In this document: positions 26,581 to 34,900 of the stretch, piece after piece
Position numbering within the stretch: position 1 is the first letter of the stretch
Layout of the letters: each line of letters starts with the position of its first letter
The notes under the pieces: model-generated
Told to the model about the DNA's origin: nothing
What the model saw: the letters and a program-made list of their open reading frames with translations, nothing else
Database searches by the model: none
Made by a program: the position numbers and the translations under genes
Assembly (NCBI GenBank): GCA_964607575.1
Contig: CAZSLS010000006.1
Span: 16,581-80,580, forward strand
DNA: 64,000 nt
Direction: 5' to 3'
Source: an uncultured Planctomycetaceae bacterium
GTDB lineage: Bacteria > Planctomycetota > Phycisphaerae > SM23-33

Positions 26581-29451
26581 ATGCGATATCGAATCTTGCC
26601 GGCGATGCTTGTCGTGGTCGCGGTCTGTCGGACCGCGCCGGCGGAGTTCCCGTTGACCGCAAAGCCTGAAGTTGTCGAGGCGTGGAAGGATATGCGTTTC
26701 GGTATGTTCCTCTGCTGGGGACCGGTCAGCCTTACCGGTAAGGAGATCGGATGGTCGCGGGGAGCGCCCCCCTGGGGGCGCCGCAAGGGCGTTCGCGGCG
26801 GGAAAGGCCCCACGCCGGCGGCGGTCTACGACAAACTCTACACCAAGTGGAAGCCCGACAAGTTCGATGCCGAGCAGTGGGTGAAAATCGCCAAGGACGC
26901 CGGGCAGAAGTACTTGATCTTCCTGGTCAAGCATCACGACGGATTCTGTCTGTACGACACGAAGCTGACGGACTTTAAGTCTACCGGCCCGGCGTCGGCG
27001 TGGAAGGTCGACGTGATGAAGCACGTCACCGACGCCTGTCACAAACACGACCTGAAACTGATAATCTACTACTCCCAGCCGGACTGGCATCATCCGGATT
27101 TTCTCGGTGAGAATCACCAGCGATATATCAAGTATCTCCACGGACAGATACGCGAACTGCTGACGAACTACGGGAAGATAGACGGGCTCTGGTTCGACAA
27201 TCTCCGGGGACGCGGAAATAACCCCGCGGCGGCTAAGCTGTGGGACTCTGAGAAACTGTTCAAAATGGCCCGCGGCATTCAGCCGCACCTCATCATCAAT
27301 GATCGCTGCGGGCTTGACGCGGATTTCTACACGCCCGAACAGCACGTCGGACGATCGGACACAAAACGGTCGTGGGAAAGCTGCATCACCCTCGGTACGC
27401 AGTGGGCGTGGAAGCCCGACGACAAACTCAAGCCGTACACCGACGGGCTTCGGATGCTGATCCTCTGTGCGGTGGGGGATGGTAACCTGGCCCTGAACAC
27501 CAACCCCATGCCCGACGGGAGAATCGAACCGCGCCAGGTGATCAGCTTCCAGAAAATCGGAAAGTGGATGAAGAAATACGGGGAATCGATTTACGGCACG
27601 CGCGGCGGTCCGTTCATCTCGCCGGATCGCAACGCCCGCAGGTTCAACTCCGCGCGCGATGGTTTCAAACTCCCGACGAAGCGGTGGTGGGGCGGTTCGA
27701 CCTGCAAGGGCAAGACCGTCTACCTGCACATCCTCAGATGGCCTGCCGATTCGGTCACCCTCCCGCCGATAGATCGGAAGATAGTCTCGCACTCGGTCCT
27801 GACCGGCGGTAAAGCTATCGTCAAGCAGACCGCCGGCGGTATTACTGTAAGCGTTCCAAAGGACCATCGCGACGATCTGGACACAATCGTCAAACTCGAA
27901 TTCGACAGGTCAGTGGCGGGGATGGAACCTGTCAAACCGAAGGCCTATAAGCCGACTCATTGCAAAGTCAGCGAGAAGAAAGCAAAGGACGGAACCAGTC
28001 TGCTGACAGTGCGCAGGCCCGACGGAAAGACCGTCGCCGCTTACCAGGTCAAGCTCCGGCCCAACCATAGCCCCGCGACGTCTGAGGATAACGAACTGAT
28101 CAGGAAATGGCGGGAGTGGAAGTACGGAGCGTTCCTCTGTTTCAATTCAAACCAGTTCAGCGGTAAGGAATTCTGCGACATCAAGGATCCCATGCTTTAC
28201 GGTCCACAGCAATTGGATGTCAAACAATGGATTACCACCTTCAAGACCGCGGGCATGACGCACGCGGTGCTTACCGCTCGTCACACTTCGGGCTTTCTTC
28301 TCTGGGACAGCGCCACAACGGATTTCGACGTGGCCTCGAGCGGAAACAAGACCGACGTGGTTAAGGCCTACGTTCAGGAATGCAGGCGCCAGGGACTCAT
28401 TCCCGGTTTCTACTATTGCCTGTGGGGCGGTAAGAACTGTGGACCTTCAGGAAAGAAGGAGCTTCCCGGCGCTCGGGCCATGATCCTGGCGCAGCTCCAC
28501 GAACTCGCGACCCGCAACGGACATATCCCTTATTTCTGGATCGACATGATGAACTGGGCGCCGGCGGACCTGACGGCCCAGGAAATCTATGACTCGATCA
28601 AGAACGTCAATCCGCAGACAGTTGTGCTCTTCAACCAGCACATACAGGACGGTAGTCGGCTCAAGTACTTTCCAACAGATGTCATTAACGGTGAGATGAT
28701 GCCTCCGCCCGCATCAGGCCACGCCGCAAGGCGCAAAGTCGGAGACAAGACCTATTACCTTCCTTTCGAATTCGAGCCCTGCTCCCAGAGCAGGGCAGGC
28801 GGACCGGGGGGCGTATACAGGAACTATTGCTGGTTCACTTACGGCGGTGGTAAGGGGTTCGCCCCCAGCAGACCTTTTTCCGTGCGGCTTATTTACAAGC
28901 ATATCAAGCAGGCTCGCGACCGGGGCGCCAGCAATATTCTCCTGTCGTGCGCCCCCGACCATACGGGGCGGTTTCGCAAGCTGGATGTCGAGCAGATCAT
29001 CCTTCTCTCGCGCGTTATGAAAGACCCGTCGCTCTTGCCTCCGGCGCCCATTACTGCCGGCTGCAAGGCGACCGCATCAGGCGTCTGGCCGAATCCTCGA
29101 TTGGATGCGGGTTTGGCGTTCGATGATGACATGACCACACGTTGGGGCGGCGCCACCGACAGTAAATCGGGCTGGTTGGCGGTGGATCTCGGCGCCGAGA
29201 AAACGTTCGGACGCGTGTTTATCAGCGAGGCTTACGATCGGATCCAGAAGTTCGAACTGCAGATAAAGAAGGGCGATTCGTGGCGGACGTTTTATAAGGG
29301 CGCCAAGATTGGCGAGAAGTTCTCCGCGGCCTTTGCTCCCGTTACGGCGCGTCACGTGCGTTTGAATATCATCGAGGCTTCGCACGTGCCGACGATCTGG
29401 GAAGTCCAGCTTTTAGCACCCAAAGCCGCAAAGAAACGCCTACGCGAGTGA
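26581..29451 (+). CDS. tandem GH29 alpha-L-fucosidase (two GH29-like catalytic modules) + C-terminal F5/8 type C (CBM32-like) module
   Basis: Module 1: WKDMRFGMFLCWGP...AGQKYLIFLVKHHDGFCLYDT. Module 2: WREWKYGAFLCFNS...AGMTHAVLTARHTSGFLLWDS. Tail: DDDMTTRWGG...GWLAVDLG...ARHVRLNIIEASHVPTIWEVQL. Confidence 0.75.
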   Translation: MRYRILPAMLVVVAVCRTAPAEFPLTAKPEVVEAWKDMRFGMFLCWGPVSLTGKEIGWSRGAPPWGRRKGVRGGKGPTPAAVYDKLYTKWKPDKFDAEQWVKIAKDAGQKYLIFLVKHHDGFCLYDTKLTDFKSTGPASAWKVDVMKHVTDACHKHDLKLIIYYSQPDWHHPDFLGENHQRYIKYLHGQIRELLTNYGKIDGLWFDNLRGRGNNPAAAKLWDSEKLFKMARGIQPHLIINDRCGLDADFYTPEQHVGRSDTKRSWESCITLGTQWAWKPDDKLKPYTDGLRMLILCAVGDGNLALNTNPMPDGRIEPRQVISFQKIGKWMKKYGESIYGTRGGPFISPDRNARRFNSARDGFKLPTKRWWGGSTCKGKTVYLHILRWPADSVTLPPIDRKIVSHSVLTGGKAIVKQTAGGITVSVPKDHRDDLDTIVKLEFDRSVAGMEPVKPKAYKPTHCKVSEKKAKDGTSLLTVRRPDGKTVAAYQVKLRPNHSPATSEDNELIRKWREWKYGAFLCFNSNQFSGKEFCDIKDPMLYGPQQLDVKQWITTFKTAGMTHAVLTARHTSGFLLWDSATTDFDVASSGNKTDVVKAYVQECRRQGLIPGFYYCLWGGKNCGPSGKKELPGARAMILAQLHELATRNGHIPYFWIDMMNWAPADLTAQEIYDSIKNVNPQTVVLFNQHIQDGSRLKYFPTDVINGEMMPPPASGHAARRKVGDKTYYLPFEFEPCSQSRAGGPGGVYRNYCWFTYGGGKGFAPSRPFSVRLIYKHIKQARDRGASNILLSCAPDHTGRFRKLDVEQIILLSRVMKDPSLLPPAPITAGCKATASGVWPNPRLDAGLAFDDDMTTRWGGATDSKSGWLAVDLGAEKTFGRVFISEAYDRIQKFELQIKKGDSWRTFYKGAKIGEKFSAAFAPVTARHVRLNIIEASHVPTIWEVQLLAPKAAKKRLRE

Positions 29452-29472
29452 ACGCAGGTTAGGGAGTCGGTT

Positions 29473-31434
29473 ATGCGTGAAAGACTATCCGGACGTGTCC
29501 TGTTGCTCATTGCGGCAATTGGATGGTGCGTTTCGGTCTCGGCGGGCGCCGAGGGCGACAAGGCCTTAACAACCAAGCAGACCGAACTTCGGGCCAAGTT
29601 GAAAAAACTGCCGTTTAGAATCGTTTACGAGAGTTACCGGGGCAAGGACTGGGAGCTGTTCCTGATGAATGCCGACGGTTCCGCCGGTAAGAATCTCACC
29701 AATACACCCGACGCCGACGACATGTACCCCCACGCCTCGCCCGATGGTAAGCAGATATGTTTCGTCGTGGACCAGGGCAAGGGATCGGGCAAATCGCGCA
29801 GCGTTTACGTGATCGGCGCTGATGGTAAGGGGCGGCGCATGATCGCACGCGATGCCCGCCAACCGTGTTGGAGCCCCGATGGGCGGAAGATCGCCTACCT
29901 GCCGGCAGAGTTCAAGCGATTCACGCTTAAGGATTTCGCCACCAAAGGCGTGGTGGTCTTCGACCTGAAGACCGCCAAGGGCGCCCCGCATCCCAACGCG
30001 AAGCTCCATCACCTATACAACCTCTGCTGGTCGCCCGCCGGCGGGTGGTTCACCGCCACCGTACACGGAGGAATGGGCCACAAGCACGCGAATCTGGCGT
30101 TCGAGGCCGGCGGGACGAAGGTCTTCAAACTGCCCGGCGTCAATGGATGCCGCCCCGACATCAGCCCGGACGGGAAGAAAATATCCTGGAACCCCTCCGA
30201 CCATGCGATCTGCGTCGGCGACCTGCAACTAGGCGCCTCGGGGCCGAAGGTGACAAACATTCGCAAGCTTGTCACGTGCGATAAAAAACATGAGGTGTAT
30301 CACTCAGACTGGTCGCCGGACGGAAAGTACGTCGCGTTCTCATACGGGCCGAAGGGGGGCGAACAGGTTGGCTCGATGGCAAAAGGGTGGCATATCGCCG
30401 TCGCCGACGCCGCCGCGGACAACGTGTGGGTCACGGTTACCAAAGACGGTCTCTGCAACAAGGAGGCCGACTGGGTCGCCATTGCCCCGGCGGCGAGTTC
30501 GAAACAGGCGCGGTTGCGGGCGGAACTCAGCGAACTGCCGCACAAGATCGTCCATGAGAGTTATCGCAAGGGTAACTGGGATTTGTTCATGATGGCCGCT
30601 GACGGGTCGACGCCGGTCAACCTTACCAAAACGTCCGACACCCAGGAAATGTACCCGCACGCATCGCCCGACGGCAAGAAGATCAGCTTTGTTGCCGACG
30701 AGGGGACCGGCAGGGACAGGCAGCGAAACGTGTATCTCATGAACGCCGACGGGACGGGCCGTACGCTGGTGGCGAAAAACGCCCGCCAGCCCTGCTGGAG
30801 CCCCGACGCATCCAAACTGCTCTACGCCAGGGGCGAGTATAAGCGGTTTACATACAGCAGCTACGGAACGAAGGAACTGGTATTCTACGACCCGGTCGCC
30901 AGGCAACACACCCCGCACCCCAACACATCACTCCTTCACGCGACGTACCTTTGCTGGGCGCCGGGGGAGAAGTGGATTTTCGCCACCGTACACGGGGGCA
31001 TGGGCTTGAAGCACGCCGATGTAGCCATCGAGGCAAACGGTACGGGCGTATTCCGTCTCAAGCCCGTCCGCGGATGCAGGATGGATGTCCGGGCCGATGG
31101 CAGGAAAATCCTGTGGAACCTCAACGACCGCGAGATTGTCACCGCGGATATCGATTTGCAGGCCGGCCCGCCGGCAATCACGAACATCAGAACCGTCGTC
31201 AGTTGCGACAAGAAACACATGATCTACCACGGCGATTGGTCGCCGGATGGGAAATACATCGCCTTCTCGCATGGCCCGAACGGTCAGCAGCACGTCGGAC
31301 GCATGGCTCGCGGGTGGCATACCTGTGTTGCCGACGCGGCTGAGACCAACGTATGGGTAACCCTGACCACTGCCGGCGAGAGCAACAAGGAGCCCGACTG
31401 GATTCGCGTTGCGAGTGGGGATTCGAAACCATGA
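29473..31434 (+). CDS. secreted TolB-like PD40 repeat protein made of two homologous halves
   Basis: Signal peptide. RIVYESYRGKDWELFLMNADGS...YPHASPDGKQICFV recurs as KIVHESYRKGNWDLFMMAADGS...YPHASPDGKKISFV. The halves (about 29570-30480 and 30500-31420) align end to end. Confidence 0.7.
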   Translation: MRERLSGRVLLLIAAIGWCVSVSAGAEGDKALTTKQTELRAKLKKLPFRIVYESYRGKDWELFLMNADGSAGKNLTNTPDADDMYPHASPDGKQICFVVDQGKGSGKSRSVYVIGADGKGRRMIARDARQPCWSPDGRKIAYLPAEFKRFTLKDFATKGVVVFDLKTAKGAPHPNAKLHHLYNLCWSPAGGWFTATVHGGMGHKHANLAFEAGGTKVFKLPGVNGCRPDISPDGKKISWNPSDHAICVGDLQLGASGPKVTNIRKLVTCDKKHEVYHSDWSPDGKYVAFSYGPKGGEQVGSMAKGWHIAVADAAADNVWVTVTKDGLCNKEADWVAIAPAASSKQARLRAELSELPHKIVHESYRKGNWDLFMMAADGSTPVNLTKTSDTQEMYPHASPDGKKISFVADEGTGRDRQRNVYLMNADGTGRTLVAKNARQPCWSPDASKLLYARGEYKRFTYSSYGTKELVFYDPVARQHTPHPNTSLLHATYLCWAPGEKWIFATVHGGMGLKHADVAIEANGTGVFRLKPVRGCRMDVRADGRKILWNLNDREIVTADIDLQAGPPAITNIRTVVSCDKKHMIYHGDWSPDGKYIAFSHGPNGQQHVGRMARGWHTCVADAAETNVWVTLTTAGESNKEPDWIRVASGDSKP

Positions 31435-32309
31435 GGACGCCGGCGCTGATCGCTCTGCTGGCGCTGGCCGGTGCGATGGGCGTGTCATGTCAGCGGCGCG
31501 ATGACGCCGACAGCGCCAAACCCCTGCCGGTTTTCACCACCAAATCAGGCGTGGAGATGCTTCACGTACCGGGCGGGTGGTTCCAGATGGGTTCGGCTAC
31601 CGGGCAGGCCGACGAAGGGCCCGTTCACCGGGTCCGGGTCGATGCGTTTCTAATGGACAAATACGAAGTGACGCAGGACCAGTTCCGGCGGCTGGAGATA
31701 CCCGACCCGTCCCATTTTAAAGGTCCGCGGCGCCCGGTCGAGCATGCCACGTTCGCCGAAGTGGTTGAATTTTGCAACGAGCGTTCCCTGGCAGAGGGAC
31801 TCAAGCCGTGCTACAAGCTCGAAGCTTCCGGCCGCGTGTCGCACTGCAACTTCGACGCCGACGGATACCGCCTGCCCACCGAAGCCGAGTGGGAGTATGC
31901 CTGCCGCGCCGGTACGGACGCCGATCGCTTCTTTACCGGTGGGGCGGATCGGAATCTGCGGCGATACGCCTGGTATGCGGTAAACGCGGCGAAGAAGACG
32001 CATCCCGTGGGCCTGAAGCAGCCCAACGCCTGGGGCCTGTACGACATGTACGGAAACGTCGCCGAGTGGTGCAATGACTACTACGCCCCGGATTACTTCA
32101 AGACCAGCCCGGAAGAGAACCCTCGCGGCGCGCTGGCGACCAGGCTGATGGTCGTGCGCGGCGGGGCGTGGAATTCTTCGCCGGACTGGTGTCGTTCGGC
32201 GGCGCGCGGCGGAGAGAACCCGCGAGTTCACGATGTGTGTTTCACTCCCGACTCATTGGGTTTTCGCTGCGTCCGCAAAGCAGTTGCGGTCAAAACTGGA
32301 AGTAGATGA
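31431..32309 (+). CDS. formylglycine-generating enzyme (FGE/SUMF1) family lipoprotein
   Basis: Lipobox LAGAMGVSC. GYRLPTEAEWEYACRAG, NAWGLYDMYGNVAEWCND, VRGGAW. ATG overlaps the upstream stop (ATGA at 31431-31434). Confidence 0.85.
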   Translation: MRTPALIALLALAGAMGVSCQRRDDADSAKPLPVFTTKSGVEMLHVPGGWFQMGSATGQADEGPVHRVRVDAFLMDKYEVTQDQFRRLEIPDPSHFKGPRRPVEHATFAEVVEFCNERSLAEGLKPCYKLEASGRVSHCNFDADGYRLPTEAEWEYACRAGTDADRFFTGGADRNLRRYAWYAVNAAKKTHPVGLKQPNAWGLYDMYGNVAEWCNDYYAPDYFKTSPEENPRGALATRLMVVRGGAWNSSPDWCRSAARGGENPRVHDVCFTPDSLGFRCVRKAVAVKTGSR

Positions 32310-33738
32310 ACGCCTGCCCGCCGGCGGTGACGCAGGTGGCCATGTAAACGATCATGGCGACGACCAGTGCAATCCGCACAGGTGCGGGCTCAAGCAGGCT
32401 GCGGAGGCGTGACTCGTAGATGTACTGGTATGCCCAAACCGCCACGACCAGGCCCGCGGCCAGCAAGGGGAATCTCGGATCGGACCAGCCTCCGGTGGCG
32501 ATACGGCTGACGATTAACCATGCGTCGGAAACGGTTTCCGCGCGAAAGAATATCCACGCGAAAGTGACGATCGAGAACGTAATGAGCTGCTTGACCGCTC
32601 TGGGGACGTGTTTGCGGTAGAAAACTGTACCCTCCAGGCCCCGTGTCAGCAGGCGCCCGACCGCGTGGACCGCACCCCAGAGGAAGAACGTCCACATCGC
32701 CCCATGCCACAACCCCGAGATGAGCATCGTCAGGACCATATTTACGTAGGTGCGGAACTTCCCGCGCCGATTGCCCCCCAGCGGTACGTAAACGTAGTCC
32801 CGGAACCATGTCGACAGGCTGATGTGCCACCGCTGCCAGAAGTCCCCCAGCCCGTCGGCCAGATAGGGATTGTTGAAGTTGAGCATCAGGCGGAAACCCA
32901 TCATCCGCCCCAGCCCGCGGGCCATGTCCGTGTATCCGCTGAAGTCGAAGTAGATCTGCCAGGCGAACGCAAACGTTGCCAGCAGCAGGGCGGGCGCTCC
33001 ATATTCCCCCGGAGCGCCGTAGCACGGATTGACGTACATCGCCAGGTAGTCGGCCAGGGCGATCTTCTTGAACAGGCCCACCACGAACAGCGACGCACCG
33101 TCGGCTGCATCGTGCGGAGTTATCTTCGTATCGGATCGCAATTGCGGCAGGAGGTTACTTGCCCTTTCGATCGGTCCGGCGACCAGTTGCGGAAAGAGCG
33201 AGACGAACGTCGCGTAGCGTATGAAGCTGGTTTCTCGCTGGACGCGGCCGCGGTAGTAGTCGATCGTGTAGCTCATCGATTGGAACACGAAAAACGAAAC
33301 GCCCAGTGGCGGCAAGTCGATCGGCGACATCGTCCAACTCAGCCCCATCGAGGCGGCGAGGTAGTTAATCGTGGTGCTCAGGAAAGCGAAGTTAGGCTGG
33401 CTCAGGACAAAGGGCAGACCAAGCCAGGCGGCAAGGGCGTTCAGGTTGTCGACGAAGAACTGACCGTACTTGAAGAAACCCAGCAGCAGCATATTGTTGA
33501 CGATGCTGCAGGTCAGCCAGGGCTTCTTCCAGCGTGTCTTGGCCATCGCGACTACGGCCAGGTAATCGACCGTCGTGGACCAGAAGATCAGCAGCAGATA
33601 GAGCGGGTTGGCATATCCGTAGAAGGCGTACGACGCCAACCACAGCCACGGCGCCTTCAACCGCGTGCGTTTGAGCAGAAGAAAGACCGGGTATACAACG
33701 AGGAAGAAAGCCAGAAATATCCAGGTGTGGAAGAGCAT
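32290..33738 (-). CDS. MBOAT family O-acyltransferase (AlgI/DltB-like)
   Basis: Polytopic membrane protein with WQRWHISLSTWFRDYVYVPLGGNRRG and the conserved His in LISGLWHG. Confidence 0.85.
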   Translation of the reverse strand: MLFHTWIFLAFFLVVYPVFLLLKRTRLKAPWLWLASYAFYGYANPLYLLLIFWSTTVDYLAVVAMAKTRWKKPWLTCSIVNNMLLLGFFKYGQFFVDNLNALAAWLGLPFVLSQPNFAFLSTTINYLAASMGLSWTMSPIDLPPLGVSFFVFQSMSYTIDYYRGRVQRETSFIRYATFVSLFPQLVAGPIERASNLLPQLRSDTKITPHDAADGASLFVVGLFKKIALADYLAMYVNPCYGAPGEYGAPALLLATFAFAWQIYFDFSGYTDMARGLGRMMGFRLMLNFNNPYLADGLGDFWQRWHISLSTWFRDYVYVPLGGNRRGKFRTYVNMVLTMLISGLWHGAMWTFFLWGAVHAVGRLLTRGLEGTVFYRKHVPRAVKQLITFSIVTFAWIFFRAETVSDAWLIVSRIATGGWSDPRFPLLAAGLVVAVWAYQYIYESRLRSLLEPAPVRIALVVAMIVYMATCVTAGGQAFIYFQF

Positions 33739-33755
33739 ATAGTCGTTCTGCCAGG

Positions 33756-34883
33756 TCAGTCTCCGGCGAAGCGAATGAACGCCTCATTGGCGAGCAGTTG
33801 TCTTGCCAGCAGCACATAACCTTCGTCGAGGGGATGGCTGGCGTCGGCGTAGGTCCCGCTGGGCAGCGGTTTGGGAACGTAGTGCGGGATATCGTGGTCT
33901 CCGAGCCAGGTGTGGGCTTTGGCGGTCAGAGTCATGTAAGCGGCGAGGCTTCTTTTTGTGAGCATGTGCTCGTTGAACGGCCCGACCACGACGAACACGC
34001 GGTTGCCCCTGGCGGCCAGGATATCGATGGTTCGCTTGAAGCATCGCCATTGGAACGAATCGTCCAGGTCGACCCATGGCGGGTCGAACTGACCGATATC
34101 CTTTTCAATCCATGGGCGAATGTCGGGCTTGGGCGTTGGCGGCTCATCGGGCGAGGGAAGCTTCAGCGTTATGGCGTCGGCGGGATTGGCGCGAGGGTTG
34201 TCGATCGTCCAGGTCGGCAGGTCGGAGTTGTCGAAGTATGCGATGTGCATATGATCGGCCCAGGCGAAGACGGGGACTTTGCGGGCGATCAGCACGCCGA
34301 GGCGATGAGCTTTCGGGCGGTCGTAACACTCGGGGCGCTGGATGAATTGGCCGATGAGGTCCGGATGGTTTATCGAGCGTTCCTTACCGCCGGACAGATC
34401 GCCTCTGGGCGAACTCATCCACAGGAGGTTGCAGTGCAGGATGACTTTCCTGCCCGAGATGCCCCGCCCGTAGTGTTCCATCAGTCCGGCCAGTGCGGCT
34501 GGATGGATACCGTCGACGCCCATATTGGCAAACCGAGCGTCACCAGGCGCCCTGTTAAGGTGGGCCGGAAGCGTTTGGTCCTTGCCGACAAAGTGGCCCC
34601 AAATGACCGAATCGCCCACGACCAGCGTAGTGTCGCGGTCGGCGGAGATCTTGTCGCAGTAGCGGTCGTACGTCCAGTAATCGTTGCCGAGGCTGAACGG
34701 CATGCGGTGGTTGGTCTCGATGCGGATCGGCTCGATCTGCTCCCAGGCGAAAGGAATCGCCGCCAGGATCGCAGCCGCGATGCCCAGCGCAATGATCCAC
34801 TCACGCGGTGAGAGGCGCACATTGTTGGCGGCAAACGGCGTGTCATCAGAACTGCTGTCGCTTGCTGTGTCTCTATGACCCAT
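33756..34883 (-). CDS. membrane-anchored SGNH/GDSL-like partner of the MBOAT (putative acyl-transfer or esterase protein)
   Basis: One N-terminal TM segment (WIIALGIAAAILAAIPFAW). GDS block TLVVGDSVIWGHF. Sits 17 nt upstream of the MBOAT gene on the same strand. Confidence 0.45.
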   Translation of the reverse strand: MGHRDTASDSSSDDTPFAANNVRLSPREWIIALGIAAAILAAIPFAWEQIEPIRIETNHRMPFSLGNDYWTYDRYCDKISADRDTTLVVGDSVIWGHFVGKDQTLPAHLNRAPGDARFANMGVDGIHPAALAGLMEHYGRGISGRKVILHCNLLWMSSPRGDLSGGKERSINHPDLIGQFIQRPECYDRPKAHRLGVLIARKVPVFAWADHMHIAYFDNSDLPTWTIDNPRANPADAITLKLPSPDEPPTPKPDIRPWIEKDIGQFDPPWVDLDDSFQWRCFKRTIDILAARGNRVFVVVGPFNEHMLTKRSLAAYMTLTAKAHTWLGDHDIPHYVPKPLPSGTYADASHPLDEGYVLLARQLLANEAFIRFAGD

Positions 34884-34900
34884 AGTTATCCGGCAGGGGG

